64,000 nt of DNA, taken from positions 172,055-236,054 of the forward strand of contig CAVUDX010000008.1 of the NCBI GenBank assembly GCA_963740385.1, read 5' to 3'. This DNA is from an uncultured Acidobacteriota bacterium (GTDB lineage Bacteria; Acidobacteriota; Holophagae; Holophagales; Holophagaceae). The notes beneath the pieces are model-generated. The model saw nothing but the letters and a program-made list of their open reading frames with translations. It was not told the origin of the DNA and made no database searches. Positions 50,930-61,621 of the stretch are shown one piece after another. Position 1 is the first letter of the stretch. Each line of letters starts with the position of its first letter. Made by a program: the position numbers and the translations under genes.

Positions 50930-52615
50930 TCAGGGTAGGTCGCCATGGAGGGTGCCCTGGAACCCGGTACCTGCCAGGTAGAGCACCCGCACGCCATAGG
51001 GCGGGATGGCCGGGGCGGTGAGACTGTCGCCAGAGAGCCCCGCCACGCCCTTGAGGTCGCCAAGAATGGCCTGGACGGGCCCATCCACGGGCACGCCGTG
51101 GGCGGCCAGGTCGGATACCACCACCGTCTGAGGGGTAGCGCCCAGGTTGGCCACCACCAGCACTCGCTCGGTGCCCGCATCCCGCAGGTAGGCCAGGGCC
51201 TTGGATGGCCCCACATCCGTGGGCAGGGACGCGAAGCCACCGCGGAGGGCCGGGTAGGCCTTGCGTGCCTGGATGAGGTACCGGCACCAGCTGAGGATGG
51301 AATCGGGCTGGGCCATCTGCGTGGTGACGGCGGACCAGTCCATGGGTTGGCGCAGGTTCAGGTCCGTGCCCGCCTGCCCGGTCATACCCACCTCATTGCC
51401 GTAGTAGAGAATCGGCGTGCCCGGCGAGAGCAGTGTCAGAGCCTCCGCCAGGATGATCTTGGGCTTGCTTCCGCCGTACTGGGTGGCCGGGCGGGAGATG
51501 AGGTTGTCATGGTTGGAGTCAAAGGTGGCGGTTCGGCTGCCCGCCGGATAGGTGCGCTGCTGATAGTCCCAGAGGGAGGTCACCAGGGTGGCATCCCCTC
51601 GGGAGATGGCGTTGGCGATGGCCCAGGGCGTGCTGAAGTCCAGGCACATGTGGAATTCGTTGCTGCCGTTCCCGTAGTAGGGCGCCACACCGGAGGCATC
51701 GTTGGTCCAGGCTTCGGCGATCATGGCCTTGGCGCTGTGCTTGGTCGGGTCTCCGCCCGGGTGGGGATGCAGGTCGCCACTGGCGTACTCGTCCAGGAGG
51801 CTGCGGAAGGCCTGCAGCTGAAGGTGGGTGTCTGGTTGATCCGCCTGTTGGCCGGGCCCGGATTCACAGAGGTAGCGGGCGGCGTCCACCCGCATGCCGT
51901 CGAACCCGCGATCCAGCCAATAGCGCTGCACCCTGCGCAGTTCGGACTGGACGGCGGGGTTGTAGACATTGAGGTCGGCCAGGGAGTCGGTGCCGAAGGC
52001 CGTGTAGAAATAGCCGGCGGCACCGGGCTTCCAGACATCAGAAGCAGTGCCGCCACCCCAGGGCAGGCCCCAGCCCGCTGGCGTGGTCGCCTGCCAGACA
52101 TACCAGCTCGCGCGGGTTGCGGGGTTGGTGAACCAGGGGTGTTTCGTGGATGTATGGTTTGGTACGAAATCGAAGAGGATGCGCATGCCCCGGGCATGGA
52201 CCGCATCCAGCAGGGCCTTCAGGTCGGCCCGGGTGCCGAACCGGTCGTTCACGGCGTAGTAGTCCGTCGTGTCGTACCCGTGCATGTTCGGGCCCTTGTA
52301 GTCGCACTCGAAAATGGGCGAGAGCCAGAGCGTGTTGACGCCCAGGTTCTGCAGGTAATCCAGCTTGCCCAATAGGCCCGGGAGGTCGCCGATGCCGTCG
52401 CCATAGGCGCCATCGGCGAAGGCCTTCACCCAGACGTGGTAGATGACCGCGTCGCGGTACCATCCCGCCGCGCTTTCCAACTGCTGACCCGGTGCGATGG
52501 TGGTGGTATCCACCGGGTAGCGATTGGCCGCCGCGCTCGGACCCTGGCAACCCAGCCCGCCCCCCAGAAGGGAGACGAGCAGGGCGCTCAGGGTCAGAAC
52601 GGAACGACGGTTCAT
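50930..52615 (-). CDS. GH13 alpha-amylase, lipoprotein
   Basis: Lipobox GLGC, DGIGDL, HGYD, DGMRVDAARY, AEAW, NHD. Confidence 0.88.
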   Translation of the reverse strand: MNRRSVLTLSALLVSLLGGGLGCQGPSAAANRYPVDTTTIAPGQQLESAAGWYRDAVIYHVWVKAFADGAYGDGIGDLPGLLGKLDYLQNLGVNTLWLSPIFECDYKGPNMHGYDTTDYYAVNDRFGTRADLKALLDAVHARGMRILFDFVPNHTSTKHPWFTNPATRASWYVWQATTPAGWGLPWGGGTASDVWKPGAAGYFYTAFGTDSLADLNVYNPAVQSELRRVQRYWLDRGFDGMRVDAARYLCESGPGQQADQPDTHLQLQAFRSLLDEYASGDLHPHPGGDPTKHSAKAMIAEAWTNDASGVAPYYGNGSNEFHMCLDFSTPWAIANAISRGDATLVTSLWDYQQRTYPAGSRTATFDSNHDNLISRPATQYGGSKPKIILAEALTLLSPGTPILYYGNEVGMTGQAGTDLNLRQPMDWSAVTTQMAQPDSILSWCRYLIQARKAYPALRGGFASLPTDVGPSKALAYLRDAGTERVLVVANLGATPQTVVVSDLAAHGVPVDGPVQAILGDLKGVAGLSGDSLTAPAIPPYGVRVLYLAGTGFQGTLHGDLP

Positions 52616-52640
52616 GGGGTCCTCGAATCCACTGGAACAG

Positions 52641-52672
52641 CCCACGGCCCGTCCATGGGGACGGGCCGTGGG
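52641..52672. other. Intra-operon stem-loop after the porin gene
   Basis: cccacggcccgtcc-atgg-ggacgggccgtggg, no U-tract. Confidence 0.6.
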
Positions 52673-52682
52673 TGCGTGCGGT

Positions 52683-54056
52683 TTACCACCAGGCTTCGAT
52701 CTGGGCACCGAAGGTGGTGCCAGCCTGGGAACCATTGAAGACGCCGAGGCCGCTGGGAGTGCCCCAGGCAGTGGCGTACTTGTTCCAGTTGGCCTTGGTC
52801 ACGAAGAGGCGGAGGACCGGGCGGGACCACCAGCTGGACTGGGGGCTGAACTGCAGGGCGAGGGTCTTCTTGATCATGCTGCGGGTCTGGCCATCGGAGC
52901 CGGAACCGTCGCCGCTGACCTTGAAGCGGTCCCATCCAATCTCGGCGGCCAGGCTGATGTGCTTGGTGAAGAAGTAGGTGGGGCGGGCGCCGAGGGAATC
53001 CCAGATCATCTCCCGGTGGCCAGGCTGGGTGGGATCCTCGGTCTGGACACGGTGCACCAGCGCGGCGCCCATGCCGAACTGCTTGGTGGGCTGGATAAAC
53101 AGGTTGTCCATCAGCATCCACCAGTTGTTGCGGGTGTTGACTTCCGGGTTGTACCAGTTCCAGAACGTGGAGCCGTCCCCCTTGGTGAAGTAGAGCTTGT
53201 TGTCGCCACCCAGGATGCCGGACTGCTGGTACTCGAAGTGGTACCGGCGGCCCAGGTTGGTGTAGGCCTCATTGCCCGTGCCCTTGCGGACGCTGGGCTC
53301 GTTGTACTGGAACCCGAACTGGAAGGAGGAACCCTCCCAGATGGAGAGACCGGACCAGCGCAGGTCATGGGAGGCCACCACCACCTTGCCGTTGTAGTTG
53401 AAGACGTCGGTCTGAACGGCGCCCGGGAAGTGACCAGCACCCCAGCCATAATCAACGTTGTTGCGGTCGGCTTGGATGTAGGCGTAGCTCAGCTTGCCGA
53501 GGCCCACATTCACATTCTCAAGGCCCACGCCGTCGCCGCTGTTGTTCCAGTAGTAGAAGTCCAGCATGTGCAGGTCATGGCGCTGGTAGAACCGGCGTCC
53601 CATCCAGAGGGTGGCATTCCTGAGCAAGGAGGAATCGCCGAGGACACCATTCGCCTCGCCCCATCCTTCCCGGAGATAGACCATCTGGTTTTGCGGCGCC
53701 GAGTGGGAGTAGTCCACATTGCCGCCTGCGTCCACGCTGGCATCCCGCGCGTCGTTCCACTGGCGGAACGTGGGACGGAAATGGAGCTTGAAGTTTGTTT
53801 CACCCTTCTCGTAGGCCTTCACGTCGATGGCCAGCTCGAAGTAGTTGTCCTCTTCGTTCCCCAGGCGGTAGCCGGGGCCGCCCGAGGGGTTGCCCACGGT
53901 GCCGGGCAGATAGAAGCTGCCAAGCTCCCCACCATTGGAGGAGCGTCCCGCGCCGGCGCGCATGTAGCCATGGATGTCGAACACGTCCTGGCCAAGGAGT
54001 GATCCGCAGACCAGCGCCATGGGCAGCGCGGCCTTGAGTAGGGAGAGACCTTTCAT
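52683..54056 (-). CDS. lamB: LamB-family maltoporin
   Basis: FDIHGYMRAG, YRLGNE, GRRFYQRHD, RPVLRLF, FGAQIEAWW. Confidence 0.9.
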   Translation of the reverse strand: MKGLSLLKAALPMALVCGSLLGQDVFDIHGYMRAGAGRSSNGGELGSFYLPGTVGNPSGGPGYRLGNEEDNYFELAIDVKAYEKGETNFKLHFRPTFRQWNDARDASVDAGGNVDYSHSAPQNQMVYLREGWGEANGVLGDSSLLRNATLWMGRRFYQRHDLHMLDFYYWNNSGDGVGLENVNVGLGKLSYAYIQADRNNVDYGWGAGHFPGAVQTDVFNYNGKVVVASHDLRWSGLSIWEGSSFQFGFQYNEPSVRKGTGNEAYTNLGRRYHFEYQQSGILGGDNKLYFTKGDGSTFWNWYNPEVNTRNNWWMLMDNLFIQPTKQFGMGAALVHRVQTEDPTQPGHREMIWDSLGARPTYFFTKHISLAAEIGWDRFKVSGDGSGSDGQTRSMIKKTLALQFSPQSSWWSRPVLRLFVTKANWNKYATAWGTPSGLGVFNGSQAGTTFGAQIEAWW

Positions 54057-54136
54057 TGTCTTGCCTCCGGTGAGTGTGCCGCTGTGCGGCTGGGTGAGTG
54101 GCATGGGGGGTGGGCTCCGGGCTGCGGAGCGGGGCG

Positions 54137-55816
54137 TTATGCCTTGTGGCCGAAGAAGCCTCCCCAGGGGGGGAGGGAGAGCAAGCGGCCATCGAGGGTC
54201 GCCTCGAAGCCATGGCCAACGAGCGGGGTCACCGCCGCCGGAAGGGTGTGCGCGATGGGTCTTTCGCTGAGGTTGAAGACAGCCAGTAGGCGTTCGTCGC
54301 CCTGTTCCCGCTGCAGGGCCAGGATGGGTTCGGGTGCGGCCTCGAACCGGATGCTGCCTCGGCAGAGCGCTTCGGAACCCCGGCGCCAGGTCAGGAACCG
54401 GCGATAGAACCCCAGCACCGAGTCGGGATCCTGGGCCTGCTGCGCCACGGCGCGCCCCAGGTGGTCCGGGTACATGGGCAGCCAGGGTTCCCCGGCGGAG
54501 AAACCACCATTGGGTGCTTCGGTGGTCCAGGGCATGGGGGTGCGGCAGCCGTCGCGGCCCTTGTAGTCGGGCCAGAAGGCGATGCCGTAGGGATCGATGA
54601 GCCGATCGAAGGGCACCTCGGCCTCGGGCAGGCCCAACTCCTCGCCCTGATAGATGCAGAAGCTCCCCCGCAGCGAACCCAGCACCGCCAGCAGCAGCTT
54701 GGCAAAGGCGGGATCGTCGACGCCCTTGCCCCAGCGGGTGACCACCCGCACGCAGTCATGGTTGGAGAGCGACCAGCACCCCCAACCACCCCCCCGTCGG
54801 ATGAGGGCCTCGAAGTCTTGGACCACGGTCCGGATGCGACTGGCGGTGAATTCCTCCGTGAAGAGGCTGAAGCCATAGGCCATGTGCAGCTTGTCCCCGT
54901 CGGCTGTGTACTCGGCCATGGTCGTCAGGGCGCCCTCGTCGCCGATCTCCCCCACGCTCGCAACGCCGTACTCGTTCATGAGGCTGCGCAGGCGCTTCAG
55001 GAAGCCCAGGTTTTCGGGCCGGCTCTTGTCGTAGCGGTGGATCTGGCTGCCGTAGGGATTGCCTTCGCGTACGGAGGTCAGCTCGACCTTCCCTGGAGGG
55101 GCCGCGGGATTGTCCCGGAGCTTCGCGTCGTGGAAATGGAAATTGCAGGCGTCGAACCGGAAGCCATCCACGCCCCGCTCCATCCAGAACCGCACTTCCT
55201 CCAGCAACTGATCCTGTACCGGTGTGTGGTGGAAGTTCAGGTCCGGCTGGGATTCCAGGAAGTTGTGCAGGTAGTACTGGCGTCGGCGCGGCTCCCAGGC
55301 CCAGGCGGAGCCGCCAAACACCGATTGCCAGTTGTTGGGGGGCGTGCCGTCCGGCTTCGGGTCTGCCCACACATACCAGTCCGCCTTGGCATTGGTCCGG
55401 TTGGTCCGGCTCTCCTTGAACCAGGCGTGCTGGTTCGAGGAATGCGAGAGCACCTGGTCGATGAGCACCCGCAGGCCCAGGCGATGGGCCTCCGCCACCA
55501 GGTGGTCGAAGTCCGCCAGGGTACCGAAGGTCGGATCGACATCCCGGTAGTTCGACACGTCATAGCCGAAGTCCTTCATGGGCGAGGTGAAGAAGGGGGA
55601 GATCCAGATGGCATCCACCCCGAGCTCTGCCACGTAGGGCAGGTGGGCGGTGATGCCCGGCAGATCCCCGATGCCATCCCCGTTGGTGTCCTGGAAGCTG
55701 CGGGGGTAGATCTGGTAGATGGCCGCGCCGCGCCACCAGTCTGCCCGATGCCGCGGATCGACCCGGGCCACGTCGGGCCGGGGGTCGGTTCCTTGGGTGG
55801 AGCTGGGCAGCGGCAT
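54137..55816 (-). CDS. GH13 alpha-glucosidase
   Basis: WWRGAAIYQIYPRSF, QPDLN, DGFRFD, NHD, GRDGCRTPMPW. Confidence 0.92.
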   Translation of the reverse strand: MPLPSSTQGTDPRPDVARVDPRHRADWWRGAAIYQIYPRSFQDTNGDGIGDLPGITAHLPYVAELGVDAIWISPFFTSPMKDFGYDVSNYRDVDPTFGTLADFDHLVAEAHRLGLRVLIDQVLSHSSNQHAWFKESRTNRTNAKADWYVWADPKPDGTPPNNWQSVFGGSAWAWEPRRRQYYLHNFLESQPDLNFHHTPVQDQLLEEVRFWMERGVDGFRFDACNFHFHDAKLRDNPAAPPGKVELTSVREGNPYGSQIHRYDKSRPENLGFLKRLRSLMNEYGVASVGEIGDEGALTTMAEYTADGDKLHMAYGFSLFTEEFTASRIRTVVQDFEALIRRGGGWGCWSLSNHDCVRVVTRWGKGVDDPAFAKLLLAVLGSLRGSFCIYQGEELGLPEAEVPFDRLIDPYGIAFWPDYKGRDGCRTPMPWTTEAPNGGFSAGEPWLPMYPDHLGRAVAQQAQDPDSVLGFYRRFLTWRRGSEALCRGSIRFEAAPEPILALQREQGDERLLAVFNLSERPIAHTLPAAVTPLVGHGFEATLDGRLLSLPPWGGFFGHKA

Positions 55817-55865
55817 GAGTCAGGTCCAAAGGAAGGCGGACTGGGACAGGCTAGGGGAATTGAGC

Positions 55866-55972
55866 TTGTAACCGGTTACAACGTGCGGCGAACTGGAGGC
55901 CTTCACTGAGCTGGGGGCGGGTGTGGTGGAACTGAGGCAGTGGGTTCAGTGAAATGTATGTAAGCGGTTACA
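55866..55972. promoter_or_regulatory. Two LacI-type operators upstream of the maltodextrin operon
   Basis: Perfect 16-bp palindrome TTGTAACCGGTTACAA (55866-55881) and TGTAAGCGGTTACA (55959-55972), both with central CG. Confidence 0.8.
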
Positions 55973-56242
55973 AGGTGGTCGCAGGTATGGTCGACCGGCG
56001 TCACAGGTCTGTCAAGCCAGGAATCCCGGGACCCGGGAACTTTTTTGACGAACGGCACAAGAGACCCTTCTTCAAGTATTTATTGAACATGACATCCGCG
56101 TCGTGACGGGTTTTCCCCGCAGGACGCCGGGGGGCGGTGGACTTGGGGCAGGGCTCTGGACCATTCTGATCACCTCCAGGGCCCCCAACTCACCCCAAGA
56201 CCCACCGTTCCCCTCCACCCGCATCCTCTAGGTGATGAATCC

Positions 56243-57286
56243 GTGCATGCAAGCGTTGACAAACCCGTCCTGGTCGCCGATGTGGGCGGTACCAACCTGA
56301 ACCTGGCCTTGATGGCCCACGAGGGCTCGCAGTATCGGCTCCTGCGGAAGGCCCGCTTCAACACCCAGGAGGAACAGTCCATCCTTGGGCCCATCCATGG
56401 GTTTCTCAACGCGGACCCATCCCTCCAGCCCGACCGGGCCTGCCTCTCCGGCGCCGGGCCCGTCCTGGAGCGCCGCATCCACCTCACGAACGCCCCCTGG
56501 GACATCGATGCCCAGGCCCTGGAGCGGGACCTGGGCATCCCGGTCCATCTGGTCAACGACTTCATCGCCCTGTCCTCTGGGGTGACCCAGTTGGACCTGG
56601 CGGATCCCCGCCAGGTGACGGCCCTGGCTCACGGGGACGGCAGCCACCCGCAGGCCGACCCCCGGGGCCTTGCCCTGGTGGTGGGTGCGGGCACCGGCCT
56701 CGGCGTCGGCTTTGTCATCCGCACCCCCGAGGGCCCCCGGGCCTTTCCCAGCGAAGGCGGGCACATCGGCCTGCCGGTGTTCGACGAGGACTCCATGGCG
56801 CTCTGGCGCCACCTCCAGACGGGACTCTCTGGACCTCCGGGCGCGGAGATGGCGGTCTCGGGGGCGGGCCTCGCCCACATTTTCCGCTTCCTCCTGGATA
56901 CGCGGCGGGTGCCCTGGACCCCGGCGGCCTCGGCGGTTCTGGCCCTGCCCACTGCGGATCAGCCGGCGAGCATCTCGCTGCAGGCCGCAGCGGATCCCGC
57001 CTGCGCCCGGGCCATGGCCCTGTTCGTCGAGCTGTATGCGCGGGTCTGCGCCGAACTCTGCGCGGTGTTCCTGCCCACCGGTGGCCTCTTTCTCGCTGGG
57101 GGTATCGCCTCCAAGAACACCGACCACTTCATGCAGGATGGTCGCTTCATGGCGCGGTTCGAGCGCAACTACCGGATCCACCTGGATCGGTTGACCCGCG
57201 CCACCCCCGTGTTCCTCGTGCACGACTACGACCTGAGCCTCTTCGGTGCGGCCCACGCCTTTGAGACCACCCGCTGGCGTACTTGA
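56243..57286 (+). CDS. glk: Glucokinase
   Basis: VADVGGTN, LTN, LVNDF, GAGTGLG, SEGGH, GLFLAGGI; start uncertain. Confidence 0.9.
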   Translation: MHASVDKPVLVADVGGTNLNLALMAHEGSQYRLLRKARFNTQEEQSILGPIHGFLNADPSLQPDRACLSGAGPVLERRIHLTNAPWDIDAQALERDLGIPVHLVNDFIALSSGVTQLDLADPRQVTALAHGDGSHPQADPRGLALVVGAGTGLGVGFVIRTPEGPRAFPSEGGHIGLPVFDEDSMALWRHLQTGLSGPPGAEMAVSGAGLAHIFRFLLDTRRVPWTPAASAVLALPTADQPASISLQAAADPACARAMALFVELYARVCAELCAVFLPTGGLFLAGGIASKNTDHFMQDGRFMARFERNYRIHLDRLTRATPVFLVHDYDLSLFGAAHAFETTRWRT

Positions 57287-57399
57287 ACCGTGCCCTCCCA
57301 AGGCCTTCACCCCACTCGCATTGACAGCCAGGGCAGCCGAACGTTATTCATGGGGTATCGCTTTCTTCTTCCTGAAACTCAGTGCCTGCGGCCCCCTAC

Positions 57400-58368
57400 A
57401 TGAAGATCACCATCGGCGAAATCGCCCTGCAGGCCGGTGTGTCCACGGGCACCGTGAGCCGCGTGATCAACGGCAAGCCCACTGTGGCGGCGGAGACCCG
57501 CGCCACGGTCCTGGCGGTGATGAAGAAACTCGGCTACGAGCCCGATCCGGTGGCGCGGGAGCTGTCCCGGCGCAGCAAACACACCCTTGGCATCTGGGTG
57601 GGAGCAGGCGAGAACCGCCTGTCGCCCTACTTCAACGTGATCTGGCGGGCCCTGCTACGAGAGATGCAGCTGCACGCCACGCAGTTCATCGAGCTGCCGG
57701 TGGACATCACGCCGGTGCGGCGGCGCATGGACGCGGTGCTGATGTTCCACTGCGCCGACATCGATCAGCGCCTGGCCACCCTCTGGCGCCGGGGCGTGCC
57801 CGCGGCCCTGATCGGCCACCACCCTGGCGTCTCCTGCGTGGCACCGGACGACACCGGTGGGGGGCGCCTGGCAGGGGTGCACCTGCTGGCCCTCGGGCAC
57901 CGCGACCTGCTGCACCTCACCGTGGCCGATGAACACCAGTGGGCGGTAGACCGCGCCGCCGGCTTCACGGCGGCCCTCGCCGAGGGTGGCGGCGCCTCCC
58001 TGGCTCCAGTCATCCTGCGCGGGGGCGGGTCCGTGCTGGGCGGCTACCGGCTCATGCGGGATGCCTGGCAACAGGGTCACCGCCCGACGGGCATCTTCTG
58101 CGCCACGGACGAGATGGCCGTGGGCGCCCTGGGGGCCCTCGCCGACCTCGGCATCTCCGTCCCTGGCCAGGTCTCCGTCCTGGGCTTCGACGGCCTGGTG
58201 GACCTCTATCCTGGCCTCGCCTCCATCGCCCAGGATATTCCCGCCATCGCCCACGAGGCCGTCACCCTTGCGCTCGGCGCCATCGAACGGGACGCGGTCC
58301 GGCACACCCTGGTTCCAGTGAATTTCCTCGAAGGGGCCACCCTGGGACCCGCCCCCGGGAAGGGCTGA
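57400..58368 (+). CDS. LacI-family regulator
   Basis: TIGEIALQAGVSTGTVSRVING, DEMAVG, VSVLGFDG. Confidence 0.93.
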   Translation: MKITIGEIALQAGVSTGTVSRVINGKPTVAAETRATVLAVMKKLGYEPDPVARELSRRSKHTLGIWVGAGENRLSPYFNVIWRALLREMQLHATQFIELPVDITPVRRRMDAVLMFHCADIDQRLATLWRRGVPAALIGHHPGVSCVAPDDTGGGRLAGVHLLALGHRDLLHLTVADEHQWAVDRAAGFTAALAEGGGASLAPVILRGGGSVLGGYRLMRDAWQQGHRPTGIFCATDEMAVGALGALADLGISVPGQVSVLGFDGLVDLYPGLASIAQDIPAIAHEAVTLALGAIERDAVRHTLVPVNFLEGATLGPAPGKG

Positions 58369-58397
58369 GGCCCGCGCCCCCGGCGCGGACGGGTCTG

Positions 58398-59681
58398 TCA
58401 GGGGGCCTGCACGGCGAAGCCCTGGAAGCCCTCCCCTGACCAGACGAGGGGATCGGGGCGGAAGGTGGGGGTGGTCGTGCCTGCGGCGTCCCCGGGTGCA
58501 CCGAATCGGGCCGGCCACACAGGCGCGGGGCGCAGGTCCGGCCGGGCCTCCGCCAGTCGGTCCCGGTGGGCCACCCCCTCCTCGGGCAGCCAGGAGCACA
58601 CCGCGTAGATGAGCAGCCCGCCCGGGGCCAGCCGCGAGGCCGCCGCCATGAGCAGGCGATGCTGGAGCCCGGTGAGCCGGGGCAGGTCGCTGTGGTCCAC
58701 CCAGCCCCATTCGGGGTGTTTCTGGAGGGTGCCGCTGCCACTGCAGGGTGCATCCAGGAGGATGAGGTCGAAGGTGCCCCCGTTGGTTTCCAGCCACTCC
58801 GCTGCGTCCGCCTGGATGACCCGGGCCTCGATTCCGCGCTGTTCCAAGGTCTGCCGCAGGCGGGCGGCCCGCCGGGGATGCACTTCCAGGGCGGTCAGCG
58901 CCGCACCTGGATGGCGCAGCGCCAGGGCCGTGGTCTTCCCGCCGGGGGCGGCGCAGGCATCCAGGATGCGGGTCACGGGCCGGTCCCAGGCATAGGCCAG
59001 CAGGGCCTGGGAACTGCGATCCTGCACCATGCCGCCACCCGCCTCCAGCCAGGGACGCGGGAAGGGGGCTCCCTCCTCCAGGCACAGGCAGCCCGCCAGC
59101 GTGGCCTCGGAGACCAGGCCCTCTGGCACCGGCCCGGAGAGGGTTCGAAAGGTCGGTCGCGACGGCTGCTGGAGCCGGGACCAGAGGGCCTCCAGGTCGG
59201 CGCCCAGCCCATGCGGCGCGAGGGCCGCCTGCAGGGCCCGCTCCACAGCCGGGGTCCTGTCCAGGGACGCGGGCAGAGCGTCCAGTCCGGCAGCCAGGGC
59301 ACCGCGGTCCTTCGCCGCCCGACGCAGCAAGGCATTCACCAGGCCCTTGTGGGGCGGGAAGCCCAGGTCCCGGGTGGCCGCCAGCTCCACGGCCTCGTGG
59401 ACCGCCGCATGGTCGCTGACGCCGCTCAGCCAGGCCAGCTGGGCCAGCCCCATGGCCAGAGCCACGCGGGTGCCCAGCGGCACCCCGCGGTCCGGATCCT
59501 TCAGGTTCGGCTTCACCCAGGCCTGGAGGCGACCCCAGTGGCGCAGGCACAGCCCGAGCAGGGCCTGGGCCAGGTGGGCGTCCTCCCCCAGGTCCCGGTC
59601 CCAGATGTCCGGCACCCGTCCGCCCTCCCCGAAGACTTCGTGCAGGGCGTGGGCGACATGGAGGCGGGCAGGGGTGGGCAT
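58398..59681 (-). CDS. rsmB: RsmB/Sun RNA m5C methyltransferase
   Basis: NusB-like N-terminus, VQDRSSQ, DACAAPGGKT, DAPCSGSG, YAVCS. Confidence 0.88.
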   Translation of the reverse strand: MPTPARLHVAHALHEVFGEGGRVPDIWDRDLGEDAHLAQALLGLCLRHWGRLQAWVKPNLKDPDRGVPLGTRVALAMGLAQLAWLSGVSDHAAVHEAVELAATRDLGFPPHKGLVNALLRRAAKDRGALAAGLDALPASLDRTPAVERALQAALAPHGLGADLEALWSRLQQPSRPTFRTLSGPVPEGLVSEATLAGCLCLEEGAPFPRPWLEAGGGMVQDRSSQALLAYAWDRPVTRILDACAAPGGKTTALALRHPGAALTALEVHPRRAARLRQTLEQRGIEARVIQADAAEWLETNGGTFDLILLDAPCSGSGTLQKHPEWGWVDHSDLPRLTGLQHRLLMAAASRLAPGGLLIYAVCSWLPEEGVAHRDRLAEARPDLRPAPVWPARFGAPGDAAGTTTPTFRPDPLVWSGEGFQGFAVQAP

Positions 59682-60000
59682 CGCCTTCCATCATCCAGGA
59701 AAGCCCCTCCACTTGATAGGCAGGGTCCCCGGTGAACCCGTGGGCACCTTCCGTTCGCAGGAACAAACACCACCGATCGGCGGTCTTTGCTTTGTTTTTC
59801 CTATTGCAAGGCAAGCCGGTTATCTCGAATTGGGCTTTTTAAATTCTGGCTAACCGTTCATAAAAATCTATTATCTACCGGTCGTGGTCTTGCAATTTTC
59901 CAGCATTGTTCGTCACGACTGGTTTTGATTCGAATCCGGGCGGGGCCCAGCCCCGCCCATCCTTTCACCGCCCCCTGTGGGCCCCCCTGAGGAGCACCCC

Positions 60001-61509
60001 ATGCCCCCTCCCGATCTCCACGACGCCCCGATCCTCACGAAGAAGGACCTGTTGTGGCCGCTCTTCTGCCCGAAGCCTCTCGTGAAGATCCTCTGCTACA
60101 CGGACGACACCAGCGTGCAGATGGACCGGTCGACCGCCTTCGGCCTCGGCATCCTCAAGGACTGGCTCCTGACCGCCAATCCCTTCTATGCCACGTTCCA
60201 GATGGACCTGCTGAACCGCCACACCGGGGGCCACGCCAGCCAGAAGCTCACGGCGGCGCTGCTGGCGGGCTACGACCAGGTCTGGTTCTTCGGGGTCGGG
60301 CAGTGCAACCTGCCGGGCGCGCCCCAGAATGAGCTGACCGCCCCCGAGGTGGCCGCCCTCCAGACCTGGATGGACGCTGGGGGTGGTGTCCTCATCACCG
60401 GCGATCACGCCAACCCCAAGCCCTTCGGGGCCGATGCGGGCCTGGACCCCCTGCTGAACCTGGGCCGGGCCATCGGCAAGAATGTGCCCCGCGCTGGGCA
60501 GTTGCGCAAGTGGGAGGGCCTGCCGGACGCCAGCACCACGGGCAACCACAACACCATGGTGCCCACGCCGGCGCTGCCGGATGTCAATGCGCCGGGCCAG
60601 CCGCAACAGTCCGACCATGTGCCCCAGCAGCTGCTCCTCACCCGCCACACGGTGCCGTCCTGGCATCCGTACTTCATCCGACGGCGGCGTCCACACCCCC
60701 TGTTCTGTGGCAAGACCGGCCTCATCGAGGTGTTCCCGGACCACATGCACGAAGGGCTGCCCGTACTGCCGGCGGCCTTCGGCCCCGAGTGGCCCACGGG
60801 CGGCGGAGGCATCCGCCCCCTCCCGGCCATCGAAGCCAAGGGCACCGACAAGCGCAACGGAGCCGTCTACCCGGTCACCATCGCCTACGACGGCGACGAT
60901 GGCGGGGTGGGCCGCATCGTGGCAGACGCCACCTGGCACCACTACTTCAACATCAACCTCCAGGGCTTCACCTCGGGCTCGCCGGCCTTCACGGCGGATG
61001 GCAGCGCCGAGCAGCAGGCCATCGCGAACTACTACCAGAACCTGGCCGTGTGGCTGTCCCCGAAGGCCAAGCGCCAGGCCATGCGCTGCTCCCTCTGGTG
61101 GTGGCTGGCGACCCACCCCGAGGTCCTGGAGGTGGCCCGGTCACCCTACTGGATCCTCGGCGGCACGGCCTACGATGTGCTCGGCCGGTGCGCCAGCCAG
61201 TGCACCATCACCGAGTTCATCTGGGTGGACTTTCCCAGGTACCTCATCTATGAACGCGACCCCAGGCACCCGCCCCTGCCCTGGCCCCCAGAGGAAGTCA
61301 TCCTGGGCGGCATCCTCCTCGAATACCAGGAGGCCATCCAGCAGGCCGCCGCGGGCCAACCCGTGCCGGATCGCCACGCCCTGCAGGCCAATGGCTTCAA
61401 GCGGGCCGCCGCCTACCACGCCGAAAGCCTGGCCGCAGGCCTGAAGGGCGCCCAGAGCGCCGTGGCGGCACTGGAGAAGGTGCTCAAGCCTGGCCGCGCC
61501 AAGGGCTGA
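60001..61509 (+). CDS. Hypothetical protein with possible class-I GATase-like fold
   Basis: GAGGAG RBS; YDQVWFFG, WMDAGGGVLITGDH, GRIVADATWHH. Confidence 0.7.
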   Translation: MPPPDLHDAPILTKKDLLWPLFCPKPLVKILCYTDDTSVQMDRSTAFGLGILKDWLLTANPFYATFQMDLLNRHTGGHASQKLTAALLAGYDQVWFFGVGQCNLPGAPQNELTAPEVAALQTWMDAGGGVLITGDHANPKPFGADAGLDPLLNLGRAIGKNVPRAGQLRKWEGLPDASTTGNHNTMVPTPALPDVNAPGQPQQSDHVPQQLLLTRHTVPSWHPYFIRRRRPHPLFCGKTGLIEVFPDHMHEGLPVLPAAFGPEWPTGGGGIRPLPAIEAKGTDKRNGAVYPVTIAYDGDDGGVGRIVADATWHHYFNINLQGFTSGSPAFTADGSAEQQAIANYYQNLAVWLSPKAKRQAMRCSLWWWLATHPEVLEVARSPYWILGGTAYDVLGRCASQCTITEFIWVDFPRYLIYERDPRHPPLPWPPEEVILGGILLEYQEAIQQAAAGQPVPDRHALQANGFKRAAAYHAESLAAGLKGAQSAVAALEKVLKPGRAKG

Positions 61510-61523
61510 TGGCACCCTGAACA

Positions 61524-61555
61524 GAGGCGGTGGGGGCCCCGGTTCCCACCGCCTC
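61524..61555 (+). terminator. Stem-loop after the hypothetical gene
   Basis: gaggcggtggg...cccaccgcctc, no U-tract. Confidence 0.45.
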
Positions 61556-61621
61556 CGCCCGTGGGTCCGGCCGCTCGGCAGGTGGTGTGGCATCCTGTCC
61601 CCAGGCTTCCCCGGAGCACCC

